From Candidatus Babelota bacterium (lineage in GTDB: Bacteria > Babelota > Babeliae > Babelales > Vermiphilaceae): 32,000 bases of DNA. Positions 1 through 8,542 of the stretch are shown piece after piece (positions within the stretch are counted from its first letter, which is position 1; each line of letters begins with the position of its first letter). The translations under genes and the position numbers were made by a program. A model generated the notes under the pieces. It searched no databases and was not told the origin of the DNA. It worked only from the letters and a program-made list of their open reading frames with translations. The stretch lies in NCBI GenBank assembly GCA_039809905.1, contig JBDHVY010000001.1:990001-1022000 (forward strand), given 5' to 3'.

Positions 1-775
1 TATAAAAGATACACAAGAAAATGTACAAACAATTCAAAAAAGCGTGAAGCAGTTAGTAGACGGGTTCCAGCAAGAGAATCTATTATTAAATGCTTTGGAG
101 AAAATTGGACTAGAACATAATCAACGGCTACAGAATCTAGATAGCATGGTTAAGGGTATTTCAAGCCAAAATAAGGAACAATTTGAAGTACTCGAGAGTT
201 CTTTTAAGCAACATGAAACAAGTCTGTTGAAAGTAACTAAAAGTGTGAGTTTATTGACAAAAGAACAACGCTCCTTTAAAGATTCTTGGTATGATCTTTT
301 GAATAAAATGACAACATTAGAATCTATAGTTTATGAAATTCAGAAAGATAGTGAGAGAAAAGCTTTAGAAATACAACAACTTAAAGACCTGCTTGCACAA
401 GCAGAGGAAAGAGATAAGCGAAGTGAAGAAAGAGAGGCGGCATCTGATAAGCTCATTAAAGACCTATATAATGAGTTTGCAAATAGAGCTCATATTTTTG
501 ATCAAAAATTGAGTGAAGTCATTCAGAAACAAGATAAGTCTGATCAAAAACTTGATGAAATACTTCATGATTCGAAAAAAACTAGCGAGAATGTTAATTA
601 TCTTGTAGGTGTTGTACAACTTTCTTTAAAGCCAGGCCACGGACAAGGATCACAACCACAATTATCTTTAACAAAAAAGAAAAAAACTAAAGAAATTGAG
701 TTCAATATACCTGTGTATCCAGTCGATATGTTTACACAAAAGGCCTTGGAAGCTGAGCAGAAGCTCAATGAATAA
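1..775 (+). CDS. Hypothetical coiled-coil protein, 5' end cut by the window edge
   Basis: The track starts the ORF at 44 (GTG), but the frame is open to position 2 (IKDTQENVQTIQKSVKQLVDG...). The composition is strongly heptad/charged (LEIQQLKDLLAQAEERDKRSEEREAASDKLIKDL). Confidence 0.7.
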   Translation, partial: IKDTQENVQTIQKSVKQLVDGFQQENLLLNALEKIGLEHNQRLQNLDSMVKGISSQNKEQFEVLESSFKQHETSLLKVTKSVSLLTKEQRSFKDSWYDLLNKMTTLESIVYEIQKDSERKALEIQQLKDLLAQAEERDKRSEEREAASDKLIKDLYNEFANRAHIFDQKLSEVIQKQDKSDQKLDEILHDSKKTSENVNYLVGVVQLSLKPGHGQGSQPQLSLTKKKKTKEIEFNIPVYPVDMFTQKALEAEQKLNE

Positions 776-858
776 TAAAGTGGGCTATTAAACAATAGTT
801 TTAAATACGGTATACTATAACTTATAAGACTTTAATTCCATGAATCGGAGTATGACCC

Positions 859-1554
859 ATGAATAATGGTATGAAAAAAGCATTATTAGTTATAGTTGCC
901 GTGATAAGTATCGCCACCGTTATTTGGTATTTTGGATTGCACAATTATATTACCCTAGCATCCTTACAGGAAAATAGAGCAGCTTTAGAAGAAGCTGTTC
1001 AAAAGAACTATCTACAATCAGTTGCGATATTTATAGCTATTTATACCGCTGTTATTACCGTTATGATACCAGGAGTACCACCATTGACCATCATTGGTGG
1101 TTTTTTATTTGGATTATTGCCAGGGGTATTATATTCAGGAATTGCTGCTGCAATAGGGGCAACAATATCGTTTTTGGTAATGAGATACGTTTTAAGTAAT
1201 GTGATCAGGGGTAAATATGCACAAAAATTGGACCGTTTTAATGAAAAGATTTTGTCGCAGGGTGCGGCAAGTTATTTATTAACGATGCAGTTGATAGGGG
1301 TTATCCCTTATTTTGTGATTAATACATTAGCGGCTTTGACAACGGTTTCTATATTTACTTTTTTTTGGACAACGCTCGTAGGTTCTTTACCCATTCTTTT
1401 TGTTTATGCGTTTGCAGGCAGACAATTATACTTGGTTGAATCGGCTGATGGCGTATTTTCGCCACGTATCATAGCATTGCTTGTGGTGTTAGCATTGGTA
1501 GCAATGTTGCCATTATTGATTAAGTTTTTCCGCAAAGATACAGAAGATGCATAA
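859..1554 (+). CDS. TVP38/TMEM64 (SNARE-associated/DedA-like) family membrane protein
   Basis: Multiple TM segments and the family-like core VMIPGVPPLTIIGGFLFGLLPGVLYSGIAAAIGATISFLVMRY. Confidence 0.8.
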   Translation: MNNGMKKALLVIVAVISIATVIWYFGLHNYITLASLQENRAALEEAVQKNYLQSVAIFIAIYTAVITVMIPGVPPLTIIGGFLFGLLPGVLYSGIAAAIGATISFLVMRYVLSNVIRGKYAQKLDRFNEKILSQGAASYLLTMQLIGVIPYFVINTLAALTTVSIFTFFWTTLVGSLPILFVYAFAGRQLYLVESADGVFSPRIIALLVVLALVAMLPLLIKFFRKDTEDA

Positions 1555-2390
1555 GCAGTTTTAATGTTTTTGATGAGATTCACAAATGTTGAAGAGTGCC
1601 TAACGGCATTAATACCTAGTTTTTGTGCGGCATCAATATTTTCTTGTTGATCATCAATAAACCAACAATTTTCTGGTTGTAGCTGATAGCGGTCAAGCAG
1701 AGCCTGATAAATTGGGGCATGAGGTTTATTTGATTTCACTTCTGCCGAAATTATTATGCCATCAAAAAGATCAAAAACATCGGCATATTCTTTTTTGAGT
1801 AATGCAAATGATTCGCTATCCCAATTAGAAAGGCCATAGACATTGTGGCCTTGTTTTTTGCACTTTTTTATAAATGCTATGCATGCAGGGGATATTTTAC
1901 GAGAACTGATAAATATTTCTGGTGTAAAGATTAACTCTGCAATGTTTTGAATAATACGCTTTTCTGCCTGGCATTTGAACCATTCTGGATGAATAGCAAA
2001 AGCTTGCTGTATTAAGATATTGATGTGCTTAGTAGAAATAAGACCTTGTAGCCATCCATTCATAAGCTTTGGCAACTTATTGCCTTTTTCATCATATGTT
2101 TGCTGATAAGAATCAGTATCTATATTGTGCAGAGCTGCTATCTGATCAAGTATTTCAAAAAGCCTTAATTTTATATAAGTATCAAGATAAAGAGGGTTGA
2201 TGCCTAATTGAAAGCTGCATGCAGCTATATTCATTATGCCTATATGCCTGAAAGACGCTATTTTATCGGTTGAAATAAGTACGCCGCCAAAGTCAAAAAT
2301 AAAGTCTTTTGCAGGCGTTTTTGACGAGGCAGAAAAGGTACCAACAGCAAGGCTTATCATCAATAGTAAGATTTTAAGGGACTTTTTCAT
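1404..2390 (-). CDS. HAD-superfamily hydrolase with N-terminal signal peptide
   Basis: MKKSLKILLLMISLAVGTFSASS signal, then FDFGGVL, YGLSNWD, KPHAPIYQALL and CWFIDDQQENIDAA HAD motifs. Start set at 2390 (MKKS). The C-terminus overlaps the convergent TVP38-like CDS. Confidence 0.75.
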   Translation of the reverse strand: MKKSLKILLLMISLAVGTFSASSKTPAKDFIFDFGGVLISTDKIASFRHIGIMNIAACSFQLGINPLYLDTYIKLRLFEILDQIAALHNIDTDSYQQTYDEKGNKLPKLMNGWLQGLISTKHINILIQQAFAIHPEWFKCQAEKRIIQNIAELIFTPEIFISSRKISPACIAFIKKCKKQGHNVYGLSNWDSESFALLKKEYADVFDLFDGIIISAEVKSNKPHAPIYQALLDRYQLQPENCWFIDDQQENIDAAQKLGINAVRHSSTFVNLIKNIKTAYASSVSLRKNLINNGNIATNANTTSNAMIRGENTPSADSTKYNCLPANA

Positions 2391-2430
2391 GATATGCCTC
2401 AATTACTTATAGGATATTAACTACACTATA

Positions 2431-2458
2431 AGTCTAAATCAACGCTGTTTTTTGTCAA
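2431..2458 (-). promoter_or_regulatory. Candidate sigma70 promoter (TTGACA-N16-TAGACT) for the HAD gene
   Basis: Reverse complement reads CTATTTGACA AAAAACAGCGTTGATT TAGACT. -35 at 2453-2458, -10 at 2431-2436. Confidence 0.55.
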
Positions 2459-2496
2459 ATAGAAACTTTTCTGCCTGTTTTAAGTTAATTCTGTTT

Positions 2497-2934
2497 TTAT
2501 TTCATGCATGTGTAGCTGATTCTAAAGCTCCACCCATAAACAACTCCTGCTTGAACAGAGATTACCGGAGTACATTGTCTTTTGTAACGTGCTTCGTCAA
2601 ATTTCCCTAGGTCTTCGCGTGAAAGAGTGGTTCTTGCCAGAGTTAATGGATGAGGAACATCATAAAAATTTGAATATTTCATTAAGGGTGAGGTACCTGC
2701 AACTTTAATGGAATAATTTCTGTTTGTGTCTAGTTCTACTGTGTCTCCTGCCTTAACTATATTATTGTTACAATCAAAATTTTGATTGGCAGCAGCTTCT
2801 GCATTAGAGCGGCATCTATAAAATATGTCATATTGAGAATCATTTTTAAAGAGAAATGGGAAGGCAAAAGTATTACTGCTTATCATGCAAAGTAGCGCAA
2901 TCCCAATGATTTGTGATACATTTTTAAAATTCAT
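2497..2934 (-). CDS. Small exported protein, paralog of the neighbour at 2946-3449
   Basis: Signal peptide; shared pattern with the neighbour: F..NKS.YDIFCR...NIVKAGDTVELDTNRNYSI...YYDLP.P...TL.RED...PVISVQ.G.VYGW.F..SYT. Confidence 0.65.
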   Translation of the reverse strand: MNFKNVSQIIGIALLCMISSNTFAFPFLFKNDSQYDIFYRCRSNAEAAANQNFDCNNNIVKAGDTVELDTNRNYSIKVAGTSPLMKYSNFYDVPHPLTLARTTLSREDLGKFDEARYKRQCTPVISVQAGVVYGWSFRISYTCMK

Positions 2935-2945
2935 GAAATATTCCT

Positions 2946-3449
2946 TTATTTAGCAACATTTGTCCAATCTTTATTCCATCGTTCGCGGTCTTCATTAGCT
3001 TTATTGGGTGTATTTTTTGTCCATGTATAGCTTAAAGTGAATGTCCATCCATAGACTAAACCGGATTGAATTGAGATTATTGGCATAAATCCTTCCTCAT
3101 ACTGACGAGAAGTGTATTCAATGCTATCTTCTCTATTGAGAGTTTTTATTAGATCCATTGGTTTTGGAAGATCATAATACTGAGACAATGCTGTTTTTTG
3201 ACCAGCACTTCGTATGGAATAATTTTTGCTCTTTGATAGTTGTACTCGCTCGCCTGGTTTGAGAACAATGTTGCTGTTTTCAGGGCTTGTCCATAGGTTG
3301 TCTTGTGCTTGAGCGATTGAACGATCTCTGCAAAAGATGTCGTATCTTGATTTGTTTACTAATATAAAGCTATTTCCGCATACGGTAATTGCACATGAAA
3401 AGAGTGCAAAAACAGTAAAAATAGCTTTGGTTATGAGGCTACGCTTCAT
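2946..3449 (-). CDS. Small exported protein, paralog of 2497-2934
   Basis: Signal peptide; conserved core aligns to the adjacent ORF (see above). Confidence 0.65.
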   Translation of the reverse strand: MKRSLITKAIFTVFALFSCAITVCGNSFILVNKSRYDIFCRDRSIAQAQDNLWTSPENSNIVLKPGERVQLSKSKNYSIRSAGQKTALSQYYDLPKPMDLIKTLNREDSIEYTSRQYEEGFMPIISIQSGLVYGWTFTLSYTWTKNTPNKANEDRERWNKDWTNVAK

Positions 3450-3637
3450 GAGGGTACCTTTCTGGTAGTGGTTATTTCTTTTATCTAATAATTATTTTGC
3501 CATATTTAGAATTCAAATAGCAATAATTTTTCATTTTAAAAACGCTTTTTGAGGATGGTTTTTTGTCCGAAGTTCCTAATTTTTCCTATTTATAGTATGA
3601 TTGAGAGAGATATTTATGGATTAATGTGATAAGGTTG

Positions 3638-4015
3638 ATGGTGAATTTATATCAAGAAATTTTAATGGATCATTACCGTAATCCACGTAATAATGGGACT
3701 ATTGATCGGCCTGATTTTACTGCAAACCAGCGCAATAGCTCATGTGGAGATGAAGTTTTTTGCACCGGTATTTTTTCCGATAATGTATTAGTAGATGTTG
3801 CTTTTAAGGGCAAAGGATGTGTTATCAGCCAATCGACTGCATCTTTGCTGTCTGAATATGTTAAAAATAAAACCTCAGATGAGATTCTTGCCCTTGCGCA
3901 AGATGATCTTATTGCTATGCTGGGAATGCAATTAGGGCCAGTGAGGTTATTGTGCGCACTGTTGTCTTTGGTTGCTTTGCAGAATGGAGTAAGAGAGTAT
4001 AGAATGGATAAATGA
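3638..4015 (+). CDS. IscU/SufU-like Fe-S cluster scaffold protein
   Basis: LYQEILMDHYRNPRNNG, SCGDEVFC, GKGCVISQSTAS and RLLCALLSL. The three expected scaffold cysteines are present. Start set at ATG 3638 within the ORF from 3626. Confidence 0.85.
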   Translation: MVNLYQEILMDHYRNPRNNGTIDRPDFTANQRNSSCGDEVFCTGIFSDNVLVDVAFKGKGCVISQSTASLLSEYVKNKTSDEILALAQDDLIAMLGMQLGPVRLLCALLSLVALQNGVREYRMDK

Positions 4016-4079
4016 TTTTTTTCCTTCGTTTTTCTTTTATGGGGTGCCCGAGTGAAGCGAAGCCTAAGCTGGGTTCAAT

Positions 4080-5207
4080 ATGTTAGATCGTTTAAAGCTC
4101 ATCGTTGAATTGCAAAACGTTGCCGATAAACTATTTGTTGATACAACGCCATCATATCATCGTGCTCAAGATGTGTGGCAAGCTATTATTGCTGATCCAA
4201 CATTCATATATAAAGTCCGGCAGGTGCATGATGCTCCATGGCCAGTTCCTTTGTGGGTAGCCGATTTGGCAGATGTTATTTCAATTCAAAAAATTATCGA
4301 ACCATACATAGCTATTTCTGTTGATGGATCTCAGATTTATCCCGATCGGCATAATGTTTTATCATGTTTTTTAATCAACACGGGTTCTGTTGTTTTACCA
4401 TACGGCACTGAAAACACCAAAGTTCAATTATTTTCTGATCCAACAGTATTTGCGGGAGTTGATGAGCATCAACAGCCATTTACTACCGATGGCGTTAATT
4501 GTAAACGCCAAGAATTGGAATTGCGAGCTGGTCTTGATATAGCAAAGAAGATAAAACATGAATATCAAAATGCTACATCATTGCTATTATTTGATGGATC
4601 TCTGATTTTTTGGCATTTGTCATCGAAGGAAATCGGTCTTAGAGATCAGTTTTTGAACGCATATCTTGCATTATTAGATGAGCTTTATGCTGAAAAAATA
4701 CCGGTATGTTGGTATATTAGTATGCCAAAAAGTAAAGAACTGATGAGTTTGGTTCGTTTATATTTATGTAATTTTGATACGAAAAAAAAAGAATTATATG
4801 AATGTGTTGATGCAGTTATTGATAGCGGCATTATGTATGGCGTATTGGAACCATATACGCGGTCTATTGTTTTTAGTAACCATAGCAGTATTAGTGAATA
4901 TTACCCAAATCATTTAAAACCATTCTTTTTTTATCTTCACACGGGTAATGAAATTGGACGTGTTGAAATACCATCATGGGTTGCTCAAGATGAGCATATG
5001 CTTGATGTGATTGCACAAATTGTTATTGATCAGTGTGTTAAAGGGGGAGGATATCCGGTAGCTCTTGCAGAAGCTCATGAGCAAGCGGTTGTTAAAGGTC
5101 CTGATCGTGAATTTTTTTATCACTTTTTACAAAAAATGGGTATGGAACGTAACCATACCCAATCTATTTCACGAAAAAGCTTAAAAAAGCGAGGAATTGG
5201 TATTTAA
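4080..5207 (+). CDS. NurA-domain nuclease-like protein
   Basis: ISVDGSQIYPDRH, LLLFDGSLIFWHL, late ...VEIPSWV... and GGYPVALAEAHEQAVVKGPDREFFYHFL, the NurA-like motif order. Confidence 0.75.
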   Translation: MLDRLKLIVELQNVADKLFVDTTPSYHRAQDVWQAIIADPTFIYKVRQVHDAPWPVPLWVADLADVISIQKIIEPYIAISVDGSQIYPDRHNVLSCFLINTGSVVLPYGTENTKVQLFSDPTVFAGVDEHQQPFTTDGVNCKRQELELRAGLDIAKKIKHEYQNATSLLLFDGSLIFWHLSSKEIGLRDQFLNAYLALLDELYAEKIPVCWYISMPKSKELMSLVRLYLCNFDTKKKELYECVDAVIDSGIMYGVLEPYTRSIVFSNHSSISEYYPNHLKPFFFYLHTGNEIGRVEIPSWVAQDEHMLDVIAQIVIDQCVKGGGYPVALAEAHEQAVVKGPDREFFYHFLQKMGMERNHTQSISRKSLKKRGIGI

Positions 5208-5213
5208 CCAGCT

Positions 5214-6344
5214 TTATCCCAAGAACTTTTTAAAGAAGCTGGTGATAAAACCATCTTCACTTGCTTGAGTGCCAACAATATCAGAGTATTCTTGTAGTTT
5301 CTTTTTGGCATCAGCAGATATTTTAGTTGGAATAAAGCACTGGGTAATAATTACCAAGTTACCATTAGTTTTGCCGCGTAGCTTTTGAAAACCTTGGCCA
5401 GCAATAACTATTTTTTCTCCAACAGGGCAACCTTTAGGAATCTTAATAGTGTGCTTTGTACCATCGATATTTTCGATATCAACCTGACATCCTAATGTTA
5501 ATTGTGGATATGTTAGCATTACATTGCAAATAAGGTCATCATTTTCGCGCTTGAATATCTTATCTTCTTTAACGTGAATGCGTAAGAAAAGATCGCCAGC
5601 AGGGCCACCAAAAAGGCCTGCGTCAGCTTTTTCGCTGACACGTAGTTCTGCATTATCAAAAATACCTTTTGGTATGTTCACGGTAAATTTATCATAGCGT
5701 TGAACGCGTGATTGACCGTTACAGCCTCCGCATGGAGTAGGAATCACAAAACCTTTACCGGAACATGCTCCACATGCTTGCGCATACATAAAGAAGCCTT
5801 GCTTATAATGCATTTCGCCAGAACCATTACAGGTTGTACACGTTTGAGCACTTGTTCCTGTACGAGCACCAGAACCATGACAGGTATCACACGTAAAATA
5901 ATGATGGTATGCTATTTCTTTTTTTGTGCCAAGGAAAGCTTCTTGAAGCGTTATTTCTATTTCTTTGGTTAATGAAAGGCCTGCCTGCGGTTGAGGTCCT
6001 TTTTTACGGCGTTGTTTTGCACCACCGCCAAACATAGAACCAAAAATATCCCCAAAATTTTCAAAAATGTCGTCCATATTCATGCCGCCAGCATGCCCAT
6101 GTCCACCACCCATGCCATTATTTACGCCAGCATGGCCAAATTGATCGTATTGAGAACGTTTTTGCGTATCACCGAGCACTTCATATGCTTCAGTAGCTTC
6201 TTTAAATTTTTCTTCAGCAGCTTTATTATCAGGGTTGCGATCAGGATGATACTTCATAGCAAGCTTACGATAAGCCGTTTTTATCTCATCTGTTGAAGCA
6301 GACTGTGCCACGCCTAATATTTTATAGTAATCAGCTTTATTCAT
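5214..6344 (-). CDS. dnaJ: Chaperone protein DnaJ
   Basis: J domain with HPD (MKYHPDRNP), G/F-rich region, four CxxCxG zinc-finger repeats ([32 protein letters not shown]) and C-terminal substrate-binding domain. Confidence 0.97.
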   Translation of the reverse strand: MNKADYYKILGVAQSASTDEIKTAYRKLAMKYHPDRNPDNKAAEEKFKEATEAYEVLGDTQKRSQYDQFGHAGVNNGMGGGHGHAGGMNMDDIFENFGDIFGSMFGGGAKQRRKKGPQPQAGLSLTKEIEITLQEAFLGTKKEIAYHHYFTCDTCHGSGARTGTSAQTCTTCNGSGEMHYKQGFFMYAQACGACSGKGFVIPTPCGGCNGQSRVQRYDKFTVNIPKGIFDNAELRVSEKADAGLFGGPAGDLFLRIHVKEDKIFKRENDDLICNVMLTYPQLTLGCQVDIENIDGTKHTIKIPKGCPVGEKIVIAGQGFQKLRGKTNGNLVIITQCFIPTKISADAKKKLQEYSDIVGTQASEDGFITSFFKKFLG

Positions 6345-6384
6345 AGATTTTCTCCTCTATTGCAAGTACCCTGACCTATCCCTT

Positions 6385-6657
6385 TTATTCGTTCTCTTCG
6401 CTTGATTCGCTTGGCTCTTCGGTTTGCACATGTTTTTTAGGCTTGTGAGAACGTAAAGCGCCCAATTTAGCTGTACGAAGGTGTTTTCTTTCTTCAAGTA
6501 CATCATAAGCGGTTTGAATTTCTTTAAATTTAGCTTCAGCCATCGCATCTCCAGGGTTACGATCTGGATGGTATTTCATAGCTAAACCACGATATGCAGC
6601 TTTAATTTCATCCCATGATGCTAAAGAATCAAGTCCAAGAACTTTATAGTGTTTCAT
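6385..6657 (-). CDS. Short J-domain-only protein
   Basis: [57 protein letters not shown] present, no Zn-finger or CTD. Internal ATG at 6657 fits the J-domain start better than the track start at 6714. Confidence 0.85.
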   Translation of the reverse strand: MKHYKVLGLDSLASWDEIKAAYRGLAMKYHPDRNPGDAMAEAKFKEIQTAYDVLEERKHLRTAKLGALRSHKPKKHVQTEEPSESSEENE

Positions 6658-6715
6658 AATAATCCGTATAGTTAAACTGATATTTTTGTGACTAAATTGA
6701 TATTTTCCTTTCAAT

Positions 6716-6742
6716 TATAGCATAAAAATATTTCTATGCTAA
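6716..6742 (-). promoter_or_regulatory. Inverted repeat resembling a degenerate CIRCE operator overlapping a TATAAT -10
   Basis: Minus strand reads TTAGCATAGAAATATTTTTATGCTATAA. TAGCATA/TATGCTA arms at 6718-6724 and 6735-6741; TATAAT at 6714-6719; upstream of the J-protein/dnaJ pair. Confidence 0.4.
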
Positions 6743-6862
6743 GGGGGAAATACTCTTTTATGAGGGTAACCCCTAAGTATTGGGTATAGGCATCCGTTCC
6801 GGAGAAAAACCTACTTCGCGTAAAACTAGCAAGGCTGCTGACGGAGGAATGGGTATAAAAGG
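6742..6862. other. Unexplained GC-richer intergenic element with self-complementary segments
   Basis: AGGGG...CCCCT arms around 6742-6775. TATAggCAT..CCGT versus ACGGaggaATGggTATA across 6785-6857. No good ORF. Confidence 0.3.
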
Positions 6863-6868
6863 CTGATA

Positions 6869-7417
6869 TTATCGATTTGTATCATTGATTGCGAGAATGA
6901 GCTTCTCATTTTCGGCAGATTGCTTAAAAGGGCGAGGAAGACAGTTATTTTCGAGGCAAAAATGACCTTTTTTTAGGATTGGTTCAAGATTTTCTGGAAC
7001 TGTTAAAACCAGGTAAAATATGCTTGTTGGAGCTAATTTTTCTTCTTCATCAAAATCAAGAATAAGAGTCTGTGTTTTGGGGTTCCATTGGCCATCACAG
7101 ATAAGGTTTTGTTCGATAGCCAAAAATTCTTTGCCACTGTTTTTTCGATAGAGCGAAGCAATCAAGTTATCAAGATTTTCGCCATGCCAGCTGAGATTGA
7201 TTTTATCCACAAAAATGGGATGTTTCGATCTTTTTTTAAAGGTAATACTGCCGATAAGTATCCATTTTCCACCAAAATCCGCGCATTTATTGTCATTGCA
7301 ACCTAGTTCTTGCCATTTTGATTTTAAAATAATATCAAAATTATCTGTTGGATGAGTAATCATGCATGAAAAACTCATGATACTGAGCAATAAAATAAAT
7401 ATGCTGGCTTTCATCAT
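6869..7417 (-). CDS. Hypothetical exported protein
   Basis: MMKASIFILLLSIMSFSC hydrophobic leader and an intact ORF downstream of the TonB-like gene on the same strand. Confidence 0.55.
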   Translation of the reverse strand: MMKASIFILLLSIMSFSCMITHPTDNFDIILKSKWQELGCNDNKCADFGGKWILIGSITFKKRSKHPIFVDKINLSWHGENLDNLIASLYRKNSGKEFLAIEQNLICDGQWNPKTQTLILDFDEEEKLAPTSIFYLVLTVPENLEPILKKGHFCLENNCLPRPFKQSAENEKLILAINDTNR

Positions 7418-7477
7418 TTCTCCAAATAGGGATATTTTTTTATATCCTATCACACCATTGATTCCCGGGTGAAGTTT

Positions 7478-8425
7478 TTAATACATTTTTACGGTTATAG
7501 GGATGATGTATGTCATTCGGAATGGGTCAGGTAAATATGTTGGAACAGGAGGAAATGCTGAACTTCCTTCTTCAAATATAAAAAGAAAGAAATTATCCCA
7601 AAGTTTATTTCCTGATGATTTTTTTATCATGAGTTCTTGTATAATACCGTCTCTATTTAACACAAAAAATAAATGCATCTCCCCATCTACGGGAAAACGC
7701 GGGATTTTGTGATCATTTATTCTCAAAGCATTTTGTAAACACCATTCCAATTTTTGTAAATAACGTTCATATTTCATTTGTTCATCAGAAGGAATGCCTC
7801 GTTTCATACCAAGCATCGATACACCATAAGAACCAGCATTTTCTTTTTTATGATCTAAAAATCCTTGCGTAAGTTGTGCAAGAGTAAGAGGAGGTTTTTG
7901 GGCAATCGGAATAGATTTATGTGGAGTTCTTTTAGGACGGGGTTTTCTTTTTTGTTCCACAGCAGTTTTTTGTGAAATTTTTGCTGTTTCTTGTACCACT
8001 ATTTCATTTTTTGCATATTCGGTACGCACTGTAGCTTCTTCTTTTATTTCTGGTGCTATTTCCTGTTTATTCTCAATTTTTTCTTCTATTACATCTTGAG
8101 CTGTCTGTGTGTTTTTCTGATCATCTTCAACAATTTTTGAGAGCTCTTTTTGTTGTGGGATATCCTCTTGGTCTGGTAAAGTGTCTTCAAAAAATACAGG
8201 AGCGCCAAAATTACCCGCACGAGCTTGAGTTTCCACCCAAGGCTTGTTTTGTTTTTGTTCTTGTTGTTGTTCTATTATTTCCCTCAGATGATCTTGCTCT
8301 GTATTTGTGGTCAGATTCGGGCGTGTTTTTTGTATAAAAATATAAAATACTGTGCTTACATGAAAAAGAAGAGATAAAAGAAGTGCTATGATCGTGATGT
8401 TTCTGCCCGTGGAAAGAAGATTCAT
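7478..8425 (-). CDS. TonB/TolA-like protein (N-terminal TM anchor, Pro/Lys/Glu linker, TonB-type C-terminal domain)
   Basis: N-terminal TM ITIIALLLSLLFHVSTVFYIFI, charged PKPKRTP-type linker, C-terminal MHLFFVLNRDGIIQELMIKKSSGNKLWDNFF...FPPVPTYLPDPFRMTYIIPI. Confidence 0.75.
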   Translation of the reverse strand: MNLLSTGRNITIIALLLSLLFHVSTVFYIFIQKTRPNLTTNTEQDHLREIIEQQQEQKQNKPWVETQARAGNFGAPVFFEDTLPDQEDIPQQKELSKIVEDDQKNTQTAQDVIEEKIENKQEIAPEIKEEATVRTEYAKNEIVVQETAKISQKTAVEQKRKPRPKRTPHKSIPIAQKPPLTLAQLTQGFLDHKKENAGSYGVSMLGMKRGIPSDEQMKYERYLQKLEWCLQNALRINDHKIPRFPVDGEMHLFFVLNRDGIIQELMIKKSSGNKLWDNFFLFIFEEGSSAFPPVPTYLPDPFRMTYIIPITVKMY

Positions 8426-8427
8426 AA

Positions 8428-8460
8428 CATTCCCTTTTTTATTATTATTTTACGGGAATG
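8428..8460. promoter_or_regulatory. Inverted repeat CATTCCC-N19-GGGAATG between the divergent TonB-like gene and toxin-like gene
   Basis: Perfect 7-bp arms at 8428-8434 and 8454-8460. Confidence 0.35.
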
Positions 8461-8542
8461 TTTGATAAAAAGAAAATAAGATTTTTAAGGAGATCAACTG
8501 ATCGATAATCTTGAATATACCCAGCGAGCATATGATGTAGCT

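Noticed and set aside
5712-6296. Plus-strand ORFs antisense to dnaJ (5712-5972 and 5991-6296)
   Set aside because: They lie wholly opposite a clearly real dnaJ; composition is Cys/Thr-rich antisense readthrough.
6742-6862. Possibility that the structured element is 4.5S/SRP RNA, tmRNA or a known riboswitch
   Set aside because: The conserved SRP tetraloop/internal-loop and common riboswitch core motifs I know are not present by eye. Kept only as an unexplained element.
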